A stretch of 64,000 nucleotides of DNA from Agrococcus sp. (GCA_031179215.1 JAPSIA010000001.1:15829-79828), one strand, 5' to 3'; shown: positions 29,636 to 40,225, counted from the stretch's first letter. Translations and numbers: made by a program. Notes: generated from the letters alone by a model not told the origin.

Positions 29636-30328
29636 GTGACTTCGCTTGCCCTCGACGCCGTGCTGTTCGACATGGACGGCACGCTCATCGACACCGAACC
29701 GCAGTGGATGGCGGCTGAGGCGCGCCTCGCCGCCGAGCACGGGATCCCCTGGGGGAGCGCCGAGGCCGAGGCGCTCGTCGGCGTCGACCTCTGGGACGGC
29801 GCTCGCTCCTTCATCGCCAAGGGCGTGCCGATGGAAGCGGACGCGATCGTCGCGCGCCTCGTCGGCGAGGTGCTGCACGCGATCGGCGACGACCTGCCCG
29901 CGAGGCCCGGTGCGCTCGAGCTGCTGCGCGACGTGCTCGAGGCCGGCGTGCCGATCGCGCTCGTGACGATGTCGACGCGCGAGATCGTCGACCGCGTGGA
30001 GGCTGCGCTCGCGCAGCGGCTGGGCCGTTCGCCGTTCGCCGTGACCGTCGCGGGCGACGAGTGCGAGCAGGGCAAGCCGCATCCCGAGCCCTACGAGCGC
30101 GCGCTGCAGCTGCTCGGCGCCGACGCCGCGCGCTCGATCGCGGTGGAGGACTCGTTCAACGGCGCCCGCAGCGCCCTCGCGGCGGGACTGACGACGATCG
30201 GCGTGCCGCACGCCGTGGACGTGTCGCAGCTGCCGGGCATCGTGCACTGGCCGAGCCTCGAGGGGCGCACCGTCGCCGACCTCGCCGACGCCGTGCGCGC
30301 AGCGCGCAGCGAGGAGGCACGCGCATGA
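29636..30328 (+). CDS. HAD family phosphatase
   Basis: FDMDGTLIDT, GKPHPEPY, VEDS. Confidence 0.88.
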   Translation: MTSLALDAVLFDMDGTLIDTEPQWMAAEARLAAEHGIPWGSAEAEALVGVDLWDGARSFIAKGVPMEADAIVARLVGEVLHAIGDDLPARPGALELLRDVLEAGVPIALVTMSTREIVDRVEAALAQRLGRSPFAVTVAGDECEQGKPHPEPYERALQLLGADAARSIAVEDSFNGARSALAAGLTTIGVPHAVDVSQLPGIVHWPSLEGRTVADLADAVRAARSEEARA

Positions 30329-31356
30329 TGGGCAGGACCGGCCCCTTCCAGTGGGGCGACGTCGTGCAGCTGACCGGCCCGAAGCAGAAGCTCTACACGA
30401 TCGTGCTCACCGAGGGGAAGCGGTTCGGCACGCAGCACGGCGCGGTGCCGCACGCCGACTTCGTCGGGCTCGACGACGGCTCGCTCGTGACGGTCGGCGA
30501 GGCCGCGTACCTCGCGATCCGCCCGCTGCTGCACGACTACGTCATGTCGATGCCGCGCGGCGCGGCGATCATCTACCCGAAGGACGCCGCGCACATCCTC
30601 GGCTTCGCCGACATCCACCCCGACCTCACGGTCGTCGAGGCGGGCGTCGGCTCCGGGGCGCTCTCGCTGTGGCTGCTGCGCGCACTGCACGGCACGGGCA
30701 GGCTCGTCTCGTTCGAGCGGCGCGAGGAGTTCCGCGACGTCGCCGAGGCGAACGTGAGCGGCTTCTTCGGCGAGCGCCCGGCCAACTGGGAGACCGTGCT
30801 CGGCGACCTCGCCGAGGAGCTCGACGAGCACGTCGCCGACGGCGAGGCCGACCGCGTGCTGCTCGACATGCTCGCGCCGTGGGAGTGCGTCGACGCGACC
30901 GCGCGGGCGCTCCGCCCCGGAGGGCTCGTGCTGTGCTACGTCGCGACCGTGACGCAGCTCTCGCGCACCGTCGAGGCGATCCGCGCCGACGGGCGCTTCA
31001 CGGCGCCGAAGTCGACCGAGACGCTCGTGCGCGGCTGGCACGTCGAGGGCCTCGCGGTGCGGCCGGACCACCGCATGGTCGCGCACACGGGCTTCCTCAT
31101 GACCGCGCGGCGCGTCGCCGACGGCGTCGACCTGCCCTCGTTCCGCCGACGTGCCGCGAAGGCCGACTTCGCGGACGCCGACATCGAGGCGTGGACGCCG
31201 GGTGCGCTCGGCGACCGGCAGCCGAGCGACAAGCGCGCTCGACGCGCGCGCCGCGACGCGCAGCGGCAGGCCGACGCGATCGCGGCAGGCAGCGCGACGC
31301 CGACCGAGCGCGACGCCCTCGAGCGGCAGGACGAGTCCGCGCCGCAGATAGACTGA
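30325..31356 (+). CDS. trmI: tRNA (adenine58-N1)-methyltransferase
   Basis: MPRGAAIIYPKD, VEAGVGSGAL, LDMLAPW, RPDHRMVAHTGFL. Confidence 0.93.
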   Translation: MMGRTGPFQWGDVVQLTGPKQKLYTIVLTEGKRFGTQHGAVPHADFVGLDDGSLVTVGEAAYLAIRPLLHDYVMSMPRGAAIIYPKDAAHILGFADIHPDLTVVEAGVGSGALSLWLLRALHGTGRLVSFERREEFRDVAEANVSGFFGERPANWETVLGDLAEELDEHVADGEADRVLLDMLAPWECVDATARALRPGGLVLCYVATVTQLSRTVEAIRADGRFTAPKSTETLVRGWHVEGLAVRPDHRMVAHTGFLMTARRVADGVDLPSFRRRAAKADFADADIEAWTPGALGDRQPSDKRARRARRDAQRQADAIAAGSATPTERDALERQDESAPQID

Positions 31357-31385
31357 CCCGGATCCCGACCCCGAAAGGCATCGCC

Positions 31386-32357
31386 GTGCGCACACGCCCC
31401 ATCACGATCGCCGCGCTGCTCGTCGCCGCGGCCGGCCTCACCGCCTGCCAGGCACCAGCGGACCGCCTCGACGGGTGCGCGACCCCGCTGCCCGCCGGCG
31501 CCGCGTCGCAGCAGGTCGCGGTCGAGCCGGGCGAGGGCGCGCCGACGGTCGAGTTCGACATCCCGCTCGTGACCGAGGGCGACCAGGTCTCGCACCTGGG
31601 CGGCCAGGGCGATCGCGTCGAGCCGGGCGAGATCGTCGACGCCGACTACGTCGTGCTCTCGGGCAAGACCGGCGACGAGATCACGAGCTCGTACGGTGCC
31701 GAGGGCGGGCAGCCGGCGCAGCCGCTGCGGCTCACCGCCGGCGACGAGTCGCCGCTCAGCCAGGCCGTCTCGTGCTCCGCGCCCGGCTCGACCGTCGTGC
31801 TCACCACGACCGTCGAGAGCCTGTTCGGCGCGGGCGCGGCCTCGCCGCAGCTCGACATCGCGCCCGCCGACACCGCCGTCGTCGTGCTCGAGGTCACCGA
31901 CACGCACCCCGGCCGCGCCGAGGGCAACGCGCGCCCCGGCCAGCAGGGGATGCCCGCGATCGCGCTCGCGACCGACGGCCGACCCGGGGTCACCTTCCCC
32001 GGCACCCCGGCCCCCGCCGAGCTCACCGTCATGCAGAGCATCGAGGGCACGGGCGAGGAGGTCGCGGAGGGCGACAACCTGCTGCTGCACTACACCGGCA
32101 TCGTGTGGGAGACCGAGGAGGTGTTCGACTCCTCGTGGGAGCGCGGCGCGCCCACGGCCATGACGATCGACGACACCCTCCTCCCCGGCTTCGTCGACGC
32201 CGTCGTCGGGCAGCCGATCGGCAGCCAGGTCGTCGTCTCGATCCCGCAGGAGCTCGGCTACGACGACCCCGCGACGCGACCCGCGGCGATCGGGGAGGGC
32301 GAGCACCTCCTGTTCGTCATCGACATCCTCGACCGGCTCGAGCCCGCGGCCGGCTGA
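31386..32357 (+). CDS. FKBP-type peptidyl-prolyl isomerase, lipoprotein
   Basis: Lipobox LTAC; HYTG..W....FDSSW, IP.ELGY and FVIDIL in the C-terminal FKBP domain. Confidence 0.88.
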   Translation: MRTRPITIAALLVAAAGLTACQAPADRLDGCATPLPAGAASQQVAVEPGEGAPTVEFDIPLVTEGDQVSHLGGQGDRVEPGEIVDADYVVLSGKTGDEITSSYGAEGGQPAQPLRLTAGDESPLSQAVSCSAPGSTVVLTTTVESLFGAGAASPQLDIAPADTAVVVLEVTDTHPGRAEGNARPGQQGMPAIALATDGRPGVTFPGTPAPAELTVMQSIEGTGEEVAEGDNLLLHYTGIVWETEEVFDSSWERGAPTAMTIDDTLLPGFVDAVVGQPIGSQVVVSIPQELGYDDPATRPAAIGEGEHLLFVIDILDRLEPAAG

Positions 32358-32370
32358 CGGTCGTGCGCCG

Positions 32371-33441
32371 ATGACCCGCATCGAGGCCGAGGAGCGGCAG
32401 TTCTCGCTGCTGCTCGCGCTCGTCGACACGAGCACGGGCTTCACGAAGCACGAGCTCTTCGAGCGCGTCGCCGGCTACCAGGGCCAGCCCGTCGGCGACG
32501 CGCTCGAGCGGATGTTCGAGCGCGACAAGGATGCGCTGCGCGAGCACGGGATCGTGATCGACGTCGTGCAGCCCCCGGGCGACGACAGCAACCACGAGGC
32601 CCGCTACCGCGTGCTCGACGGCATCCTCGGCGACCCTGCGGAGCTGCAGTTCGACGCCGAGGAGCGCGACCTGCTCGACCTCGCGCTGCGCGTCTGGCAC
32701 GAGGGCGGGCTCACCGAGGAGGCGCAGCGCGCTGCGCTCAAGCTGCGCGCCGACCCCGAGTTCCGCGGCGGCCTGCCGCTCGAGCGCACCCCTGGGCGCA
32801 TGACCGACCACGCCCCCGCCGACGTCGCGGCGCCGGCGACCGCGAGCATCCTCCAGGCGCGCCAGCGCCCGCGCGAGAGCGCGTTCCAGGCGCTCAAGCG
32901 CGCCGCCGACCGCGGCCGCGAGGTCGTCTTCGACTACCTCAAGCCCGGCGAGCGCACGCCCCGCGCCCGCACGGTGCAGCCGTGGGCGACCGTGCTCTTC
33001 CGCGGCCGATGGATGCTCGTCGGCCACGACCTCGGCGCGGAGGACACGCGCACGTTCCTCATGCAGCGCATCGTCTCGCCCGTGCGCGATCGCGCTCCGA
33101 AGCGGCCGTTCGAGGTGCCCGCGGATGCGGCAGCCGCGGCCCTCGCGAAGCTCGAGGAGATCTGGGCCGGTGCCGCCGTCGGCGTGCACGTCGTGCCCGG
33201 CAGCGACGCCGACATCCGCTTGCGCCATCGCCGCGACACGACCGAGGAGGACGGCGTGCTCGTCGTCCACCACGCCGACCGGCACCTCATCGCCGACGAG
33301 CTCGCGGGCTTCGGCTCCGACGTCTCGGTCGCGTGGCCCGAGGAGCAGCGGGCGCTCGTGCGCCAGCGCCTCGAGCGCATCCGCGACGCGCACGCCGACG
33401 ACGACGCCGCGGGCGAGCAGGCCGAGGGGAGCGCAGCGTGA
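32371..33441 (+). CDS. pafB: WYL-domain transcriptional regulator PafB
   Basis: ERMFERDKDALR HTH, WYL-like GRWMLVGHD...RTF..QRI; synteny. Confidence 0.88.
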   Translation: MTRIEAEERQFSLLLALVDTSTGFTKHELFERVAGYQGQPVGDALERMFERDKDALREHGIVIDVVQPPGDDSNHEARYRVLDGILGDPAELQFDAEERDLLDLALRVWHEGGLTEEAQRAALKLRADPEFRGGLPLERTPGRMTDHAPADVAAPATASILQARQRPRESAFQALKRAADRGREVVFDYLKPGERTPRARTVQPWATVLFRGRWMLVGHDLGAEDTRTFLMQRIVSPVRDRAPKRPFEVPADAAAAALAKLEEIWAGAAVGVHVVPGSDADIRLRHRRDTTEEDGVLVVHHADRHLIADELAGFGSDVSVAWPEEQRALVRQRLERIRDAHADDDAAGEQAEGSAA

Positions 33442-34391
33442 GCGCGAGCCGCGTCGAGCGGGGCATCGGCCTGCTGCTCTCGCTCATCCAGTACGTCACG
33501 GCGTCCGGCTCCGTCACGGTGCAGGAGGCCGCTGCCCACTTCGGGGTTCCCGAGCAGCGCATCCGCGAGGCGGTCGAGCGCGTGTTCATGTCGGGCGTGC
33601 CCGACGGCGCCGGCGACTTCATCCGCTTCGACATCGACTTCGACGCGTTCGAGCAGCACGACGTCATCTCGGTGACGATGCGGCCCGCGTTCGAGGACGA
33701 GACCGTGCGGCTCTCGGCCCGCGAGGCGAGCGCGCTCATCGCGGGGCTCACGCTCGTCGCGGACTACACGGGTGCCGACCCCGGTCGCGTCGCGGCGCTC
33801 CGCGAGAAGCTGCGGCGAGCGGCGTCGCAGGGCGCCGAGACCGTCGCGGTCGACGGGCTCGCGGTGCCTCGCACGGCGCAGATCGTGCGGGACGCCATCC
33901 GGCAGCGCCAAGTGCTCGCGATCGACTACCGCAAGCCGGGCGACGGCTCGCAGCGGCGCCGCGTCGCGCCCGTGCGGCTCGAGCTCAAGGAGGGGCAGGT
34001 CTACGTCGAGGGCGCCGACCTGGACCGGCAGGGCATGCGCACCTACCGCCTCGACCGGATCGAGGCGATCGAGCCGACCGACGAGGCGTGGCCGGAGGCG
34101 CTGCCCCAGCGGGAGCGCACGGTCGCGGGCACGGCGCAGGTCGTCGCGACTCGCGCTGCAGCCGCGATGCTCTCGGACTACGCGACCTCCGACCCCGTCT
34201 CGGTCGACGGCGAGCGCGTGCGCCTCGACATCGAGGTGTGGAGCGAGGCGAGCGTGCTGCGCGCGGTCGCCTCCTGCGGCGGCGACGCCGTCATCGTCGC
34301 GCCCGCGAGCCTGCGCCGAGCGATGCACCGGTTCGCGGTCGAGGCGCTCCGGACCGCCGAAGCCGACGCTGCGCAGTCCCCCCAGGGCTGA
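33438..34391 (+). CDS. pafC: WYL-domain transcriptional regulator PafC
   Basis: N-terminal HTH, RTYRLDRI; GTGA overlap with pafB; upstream of tatA. Confidence 0.86.
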   Translation: MSASRVERGIGLLLSLIQYVTASGSVTVQEAAAHFGVPEQRIREAVERVFMSGVPDGAGDFIRFDIDFDAFEQHDVISVTMRPAFEDETVRLSAREASALIAGLTLVADYTGADPGRVAALREKLRRAASQGAETVAVDGLAVPRTAQIVRDAIRQRQVLAIDYRKPGDGSQRRRVAPVRLELKEGQVYVEGADLDRQGMRTYRLDRIEAIEPTDEAWPEALPQRERTVAGTAQVVATRAAAAMLSDYATSDPVSVDGERVRLDIEVWSEASVLRAVASCGGDAVIVAPASLRRAMHRFAVEALRTAEADAAQSPQG

Positions 34392-34454
34392 GGGTTCGTC
34401 CCCCGGTCAGCACGGTAGGATGGGTGACGACCGAGACCGGGGCGAGAGGCGATC

Positions 34455-34667
34455 ATGGGTGGATTCTTTGGCAATGCGGCATCGCATTGGTGGATCATCC
34501 TCATCATCGTGGTGCTCATCTTCGGCGCTGCCAAGCTGCCGGCGCTCGCTCGCAGCATCGGGCAGTCGGTCAACATCCTGAAGAAGGAAGTCAAGAACGA
34601 CGGCTCGAAGGACGATGCCGCCGGCTCTGGCACGGACGACTCGACCACCAGCACCGACCGGAAGTAG
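34455..34667 (+). CDS. tatA: Twin-arginine translocase TatA
   Basis: TM helix, FGAAKLP and amphipathic helix. Confidence 0.93.
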   Translation: MGGFFGNAASHWWIILIIVVLIFGAAKLPALARSIGQSVNILKKEVKNDGSKDDAAGSGTDDSTTSTDRK

Positions 34668-34670
34668 CGG

Positions 34671-35462
34671 ATGGCCCGGGATGGGCGCCCGGCTGATCGG
34701 TCAGCGAAGCGAGAAGGCCGCATGCGGCTGGCCGAGCACCTGCGCGAGTTCAAGCGGCGCTTCTACATCTCGCTGATCGCGATCGCGATCGCGGCGATCG
34801 GCGGCTTCTTCCTGGCCTCTCCCGTCCTGACGCTGCTGCGGACGCCGCTCGACGAGCTGCAAGCGGCCGGGCTCAACGTCGAGCTCAACGTCACGAACGT
34901 GACACAGGCGTTCGACGTGCAGATGCGCATCGGCTTCCTGCTCGGACTCATCATCTCGAGCCCGGTCTGGCTCTGGCAGCTGCTGGCCTTCGTCGTGCCC
35001 GCGCTCCGCTCGGTCGAGCGGCGCTACGTCTTCGGGTTCATCGCGGCCGCGGTCCCGCTGTTCGTCGGCGGCTGCGCGACCGGCTGGTTCGTGCTGCCGC
35101 GGATCATCCGGCTGTTCGTCGGCTTCACGCCCGACGGGCTCACCGCCCTCCTCGGCGTCTCCGACTACTGGGACTTCTCGCTCAAGCTCGTCTTCGCCGT
35201 GGGCGTCGCGTACGTGCTGCCGGTCGTGGTGGTGTTCCTGAACCTGGCGGGCGTCGTCTCGGGGAGGGCGATCCTCGGCGGGTGGCGCTGGGCGGTCCTC
35301 ACCGCGACGCTCTTCGGCGCTTTCGTCACCCCCGCGGGCGAGGTCCTGAGCATGTTCATCATCGCGGTGCCCATGGTGGTGCTCTACTTCGCAGCGACGG
35401 GCGTCGCGCTCCTGATCGATCGACGCCGCGCCAAGCGAGAGCGTGCCAGGGTGGACGCATGA
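34671..35462 (+). CDS. tatC: Twin-arginine translocase TatC
   Basis: M.L.EHLRE, SPVWLWQ..AFVVPAL..E, TP; six TM. Confidence 0.93.
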   Translation: MARDGRPADRSAKREGRMRLAEHLREFKRRFYISLIAIAIAAIGGFFLASPVLTLLRTPLDELQAAGLNVELNVTNVTQAFDVQMRIGFLLGLIISSPVWLWQLLAFVVPALRSVERRYVFGFIAAAVPLFVGGCATGWFVLPRIIRLFVGFTPDGLTALLGVSDYWDFSLKLVFAVGVAYVLPVVVVFLNLAGVVSGRAILGGWRWAVLTATLFGAFVTPAGEVLSMFIIAVPMVVLYFAATGVALLIDRRRAKRERARVDA

Positions 35463-37894
35463 GCGACGGCGACATGCTGGGCATCGCGACCGACGCGTTC
35501 GCGCGCTCCATGCCCTTCGGGCTCGACCCGTTCCAGCGAGAGGCGTGCGAGGCGCTCGAGGGCGGCTCGAGCGTGCTCGTCGCCGCGCCGACGGGGGCGG
35601 GCAAGACGGTGGTCGCCGAGTTCGCCATCCACCTCACGATGGAGGCCCCGACGGGCCGCGTCTTCTACACGACGCCCATGAAGGCGCTCTCGAACCAGAA
35701 GCACCGCGAGCTCACCGAGGTCTACGGCAGCGCGTCCGTGGGCCTCCTCACGGGCGACACCTCCATCAACGGCGACGCGCGCATCGTCGTCATGACGACC
35801 GAGGTGCTGCGCAACATGCTCTACGAGGGCCGCGACCTCTCGCGGCTCGAGTACGTCGTGATGGACGAGGTGCACTACCTCGCCGACCGCTTCCGCGGGG
35901 CGGTGTGGGAAGAGGTGATCATCCACCTGCCGCGGCACGTGCGGCTCGTCTCGCTCTCGGCGACCGTCTCGAACGCCGAGGAGTTCGGCGCCTGGCTCGA
36001 CGCCGTGCGCGGCGACACCAGGGTCATCGTCTCGGAGCACCGGCCCGTGCCGCTCGACGCGCACGTGCAGATCCGCGGGCGGCTCGTGGACCTGTTCGAC
36101 TCGAAGGCGGGGGAGGAGACGCACCGGCCGAGTCGAGAGCTCGTCGACCTCGCCCGCGGGGGCGACCTCGCGGCGTCCGCCGCCCATGGGCACCGCGATC
36201 GGGGCGGCCACAACCGCTACCGCTCGCGCCGCCCCCAGAAGGGCGGCCGCCGGCCCGGGCCGGGCAGCTGGGGCGGACCGCCGCGCGTCGACCGCGTCGA
36301 GCTCATCGGGATGCTCGACGAGCGCGACATGCTGCCGGCGATCGACTTCATCTTCTCGAGGGCGGGGTGCGACGCGGCCGTGCGGCAGGTCGTCGACGGC
36401 GGCGTGCGCCTGACGACGCCCGAGGATCGGCGGGAGATCCGCGCGATCGTCGACGAGCGCACCCGGCTGCTCGACGACGCCGACCTCGCGGTGCTGGGCT
36501 ACTTCGACTGGATCGACGGCCTCGAGCGCGGCGTCGCGGCGCACCACGCCGGCATGCTGCCCGTCTTCAAGGAGGTCGTCGAGGAGCTCTTCCGCGCCCG
36601 GCTGCTGAAGATGGTGTTCGCGACCGAGACGCTCTCGCTCGGCATCAACATGCCGGCGCGCACGGTCGTGCTCGAGCAGCTCGAGAAGTTCAACGGCGAG
36701 GCGCGGGTGCGCATCACGCCCGGCGAGTACACGCAGCTCACGGGCCGCGCCGGCCGTCGCGGCATCGACACCGAGGGCCACGCCGTCGTCATCTGGAACG
36801 GCAAGCTGCAGCCGGTCGAGGTCGCCTCGCTCGCCTCGCGCCGCACGTATCCGCTGCACTCGAGCTTCAAGCCCACCTACAACATGGCCGTCAACCTCGT
36901 CGACCGGCTCGGCGTCACGGGCACGCGCGAGGTGCTCGAGACCTCCTTCGCGCAGTTCCAGGCCGACCGCTCGGTCGTGCAGCTCGCGCGCCGCGTCGTC
37001 GACCAGCGCGCGAGCCTCGCGGGCTACGAGGAGGCGATGACGTGCCACCTCGGGGACTTCTCGCAGTACGCCGAGCTGCGGCGCGAGGCGAGCGACCTCG
37101 AGCGCGACGGGCAGCGGCAGAACCTGAGCCACGGCGACCACGAGCGCATCCAGCGGCGCCTCAAGCAGCTGCGCACCGCGATGCGCCAGCACCCCTGCCA
37201 CCGGTGCCCCGAGCGCGAGTCGCACGCTCGCTGGGGCGAGCGCTACTGGCGGCTGCGCCGCGACATCGAGCAGGCCGAGCGGCAGATCGACCGGCGCACG
37301 GGGCAGATCGCCAAGGCGTTCGATCGCATCACGGAGATCCTGCGGGAGCTCGACTACATCGAGGAGACCGACACCGGCGCGCGCATCACGGCAGCGGGTG
37401 AGGTGCTGCGGCGCATCTACGGCGAGCGCGACCTGCTCGTCGCCGAGAGCATCCGCCAAGGGCTGTGGAACGGGCTCGACGCGCCCGCGCTCGCCGCGCT
37501 CGCGTGCGCGCTCGTCTTCGAGGGCCGTCGCGACGAGGGCATGCTCCCGGAGCGGATGCTGCCCAAGGGAGCCTTCCGCGAGGCGCTCGACGCGACGCAG
37601 ACCCTGTGGGCCCGGCTCGACGACCTCGAGCAGGGGCACCGGATGCCGGGCACCGAACCGCTGCAGACCGGGCTCACGCTCGCGATGCACCGCTGGGCGC
37701 GCGGCTACCCGCTCGAGGGCGTGCTGCGCGACACCGAGCTCGCCGCTGGCGACTTCGTGCGCTGGACCAAGCAGACGATCGACGTGCTCGAGCAGATCGA
37801 GCAGGTCGCGCCCAAGCGGCTCTCGCGCACGGCGCGCGACGCGGTGGAGCGCATCCGCCGCGGCGTGATCGAGGCCTCGGGATCGGCCCTGTGA
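35459..37894 (+). CDS. helY: Ski2-like DEAD/DEAH helicase HelY
   Basis: APTGAGKT, PMKALSNQK, DEVH, LSAT, HHAG, TGRAGRRG, DSHCT-like C-terminus. Confidence 0.92.
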   Translation: MSDGDMLGIATDAFARSMPFGLDPFQREACEALEGGSSVLVAAPTGAGKTVVAEFAIHLTMEAPTGRVFYTTPMKALSNQKHRELTEVYGSASVGLLTGDTSINGDARIVVMTTEVLRNMLYEGRDLSRLEYVVMDEVHYLADRFRGAVWEEVIIHLPRHVRLVSLSATVSNAEEFGAWLDAVRGDTRVIVSEHRPVPLDAHVQIRGRLVDLFDSKAGEETHRPSRELVDLARGGDLAASAAHGHRDRGGHNRYRSRRPQKGGRRPGPGSWGGPPRVDRVELIGMLDERDMLPAIDFIFSRAGCDAAVRQVVDGGVRLTTPEDRREIRAIVDERTRLLDDADLAVLGYFDWIDGLERGVAAHHAGMLPVFKEVVEELFRARLLKMVFATETLSLGINMPARTVVLEQLEKFNGEARVRITPGEYTQLTGRAGRRGIDTEGHAVVIWNGKLQPVEVASLASRRTYPLHSSFKPTYNMAVNLVDRLGVTGTREVLETSFAQFQADRSVVQLARRVVDQRASLAGYEEAMTCHLGDFSQYAELRREASDLERDGQRQNLSHGDHERIQRRLKQLRTAMRQHPCHRCPERESHARWGERYWRLRRDIEQAERQIDRRTGQIAKAFDRITEILRELDYIEETDTGARITAAGEVLRRIYGERDLLVAESIRQGLWNGLDAPALAALACALVFEGRRDEGMLPERMLPKGAFREALDATQTLWARLDDLEQGHRMPGTEPLQTGLTLAMHRWARGYPLEGVLRDTELAAGDFVRWTKQTIDVLEQIEQVAPKRLSRTARDAVERIRRGVIEASGSAL

Positions 37895-39504
37895 CGGCGG
37901 CGCCCGTGCACCTCCCGCGCAGCCCTCTCAGCGGCGCGGGCGTCAAGCCGCGCGCCGCGCGGACGCGCGCGCGCTCGCCGCTGCCCGCGGGCCTCGCGTG
38001 GGTCGCGGCGATCCTCGGCGGCGCGATCATGCCCTTCGCCTTCCAGCCCTGGGGCTGGTGGCCGCTCATCGCTCCCGCGGTGGCGCTCTCGCTCGTGGCG
38101 CTGCGCGGTCGTCGGCTCGTCGCCGCCTTCGCGCTCGGCTTCACGACGGGCCTCGTCTTCTTCCTGCTGCACATCCAGTGGATCACCGTCTACCTCGGTC
38201 CCGTGCCGCTCCTCGCGCTCTCGGCGTGGATGGCCGCGTGGTGGGGCCTCGGCGGCATGGCAATCGCGCTCGCGTGGCGTTGGGCCGAGCCTCGGCTGCC
38301 GAGCGCGCTCGGCGCCTTCCTCGTCATGCCGCTGCTGCTCGGCGGGCTCTGGACGCTGCGCGAGTCGCTCTCGTCGAGCGTGCCGTGGGGCGGCTTCGCG
38401 TGGGGTCGGCTCGCGCACTCGCAGGCCTCGAGCCCGCTCGCGGACACGACGAGCTGGGTGGGCTTCGCGGGGCTGAGCTTCCTCATCGCGGCGGTGTCGG
38501 CGCTGCTCGCGCAGCTCGTGCTGCACCACCGCACGATGCTGCGCCGCCGGCTCACGATCGGCGCGGCAGCCGTCATCCTGCTCGTCGCGATCCCCGGCTT
38601 CGCCGTCGAGCGGACCGGCGCGCTGCGCGTGGGCGCCGTGCAGGGCGACAGCGAAGCCGGCCTGCTCGCGCCCTACACGCCGGGCGAGATCCTGCAGCAG
38701 CACCTCGACGCGACGCGGCAGCTCTCCGGCGAGCAGCTCGACCTCCTCGTCTGGCCCGAGAACGCGGGCGAGTTCTACGCGAACGAGACGCCCTCGACGA
38801 TGGTGGCGCTCGATCGCGTCGCGACGGAGCACGACGCGCCGCTCATCCTCGGCACCGTCACGCGCGACGGCGACGAGACGTACAACGCGCTCCTGCAGGT
38901 CGAGCCGGGCCGGGGGGCGGTCGCCGAGTACCGGAAGCGCCACCCCGTGCCGTTCGCCGAGTACCTGCCGCAGCGCGAGCTCTTCGCGCCCGTCCTCGAC
39001 GCGCTCGGCTTCCTCGAGCTCATCCCGCGCGACTTCTCGATCGACCCGACGAGCGCGAACGCGTTCGACGTCGCGGGCACGACCGCGGGCCTCGCCATCT
39101 GCTTCGACATCATCGACGACTACCAGGCGCGCGAGATGGTGCTCGAGCACGGTGCCGAGGTCGTGCTCGCCCCGACGAACAACGCCGACTTCGGCGAGGG
39201 CTCGGCCGAGAACGTGCAGCAGCTCGCGATCGCGCAGCTGCGAGCCGTCGAGGCCGGTCGCGCGGTCGTCAACATCTCGACCGTGGGCACGAGCGCCATG
39301 ATCGGCCCCGACGGGGCCATGCTCGACCGCCTGCCGCAGTACGAGCCGGGCGCGATGCTCGAGGAGCTGCCGCTGTCGACGACCGTCACTCCCGGCATCC
39401 GTCTGGGAGCATGGATCGACTGGGCGCTGTGCCTCGGCAGCGCGCTCGGCCTGGTGGCACTCGGCGTCGTCCGCGCGCTCGAGCGAAGGAGGACGGATGC
39501 CTGA
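37891..39504 (+). CDS. lnt: Apolipoprotein N-acyltransferase
   Basis: TM region, PWGGF.W, WPEN, KRHPVPFAEY, ICFD (E-K-C triad). Confidence 0.93.
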   Translation: MTAAPVHLPRSPLSGAGVKPRAARTRARSPLPAGLAWVAAILGGAIMPFAFQPWGWWPLIAPAVALSLVALRGRRLVAAFALGFTTGLVFFLLHIQWITVYLGPVPLLALSAWMAAWWGLGGMAIALAWRWAEPRLPSALGAFLVMPLLLGGLWTLRESLSSSVPWGGFAWGRLAHSQASSPLADTTSWVGFAGLSFLIAAVSALLAQLVLHHRTMLRRRLTIGAAAVILLVAIPGFAVERTGALRVGAVQGDSEAGLLAPYTPGEILQQHLDATRQLSGEQLDLLVWPENAGEFYANETPSTMVALDRVATEHDAPLILGTVTRDGDETYNALLQVEPGRGAVAEYRKRHPVPFAEYLPQRELFAPVLDALGFLELIPRDFSIDPTSANAFDVAGTTAGLAICFDIIDDYQAREMVLEHGAEVVLAPTNNADFGEGSAENVQQLAIAQLRAVEAGRAVVNISTVGTSAMIGPDGAMLDRLPQYEPGAMLEELPLSTTVTPGIRLGAWIDWALCLGSALGLVALGVVRALERRRTDA

Positions 39505-40225
39505 CGTCATGATCGTCGTGCCGACCTACAACGAGGTCGACAACCTCGAGCGCACGGTGGGGCGGCTGCGGCAGTCCGTGCCGCACGCCGAGCTCGTGAT
39601 CGTCGACGACGGCAGCCCCGACGGCACGGGCGAGCTCGCCGACCGCCTCGCGAAGGCCGACGCCGGCACGCTCGTCATCCACCGATCGGAGCGCGGGTAC
39701 CGCTCCGCGGTCGTCGAGGGGATGCGCTTCGCCATCTCGCGCGGCGCGACGAAGGTCGTCGTCACCGACGCCGATGGCTCCTACGACGCCGACGGCCTGC
39801 CGGAGCTGCTCGCCGTCTCCGGATCGGGCGTCGACCTCGTCATCGGCTCGCGCTTCGTCGAGGGCAGCGATGTGCGCAACATGCTGCGCCGGCGTCGCTG
39901 GGCCGCCCAGATCGGCAACGCCTACGCGCGGGCGATGCTCTCGACGGGCGTGAAGGACCTCACGAGCAGCCTGCGCGTGTACCGCACGCGCATCCTCGAG
40001 CGCATCGACCTCGACGCGATCGCGGTCGACGCGTACGCGTTCCAGATCGCGATGGCGGTGCGGGTCGCCCAGGCGGGCGGCACGATCGCCGAGGTGCCGA
40101 TCGGCTTCATCGAGCGCGCCGTCGGGAGCTCGAAGATGCGCGTGCTCGAGGAGCTCAGCACCATCGGCGCCGTCACGAAGTGGGGCCTCTCGGGCGTGCG
40201 CGCCCTGCCGAAGCCGCCGCGCTGA
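39497..40225 (+). CDS. ppm1: Polyprenol monophosphomannose synthase (GT2), divergent
   Basis: PTYNE, VDDGSPDGTG, DADGS, IGSRF, EVPI.F.ER..G.SKM; follows lnt. Confidence 0.8.
   Translation: MPDVMIVVPTYNEVDNLERTVGRLRQSVPHAELVIVDDGSPDGTGELADRLAKADAGTLVIHRSERGYRSAVVEGMRFAISRGATKVVVTDADGSYDADGLPELLAVSGSGVDLVIGSRFVEGSDVRNMLRRRRWAAQIGNAYARAMLSTGVKDLTSSLRVYRTRILERIDLDAIAVDAYAFQIAMAVRVAQAGGTIAEVPIGFIERAVGSSKMRVLEELSTIGAVTKWGLSGVRALPKPPR

Noticed and set aside
34420-35462. Horizontally replaced tatAC (slightly lower GC by eye)
   Set aside because: Impression only and not quantified; synteny is intact, and membrane-protein or high-expression codon bias could explain it
32371-37894. WYL proteins plus helicase as an anti-phage system
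   Set aside because: This is the conserved housekeeping pafB-pafC-tatA-tatC-helY arrangement
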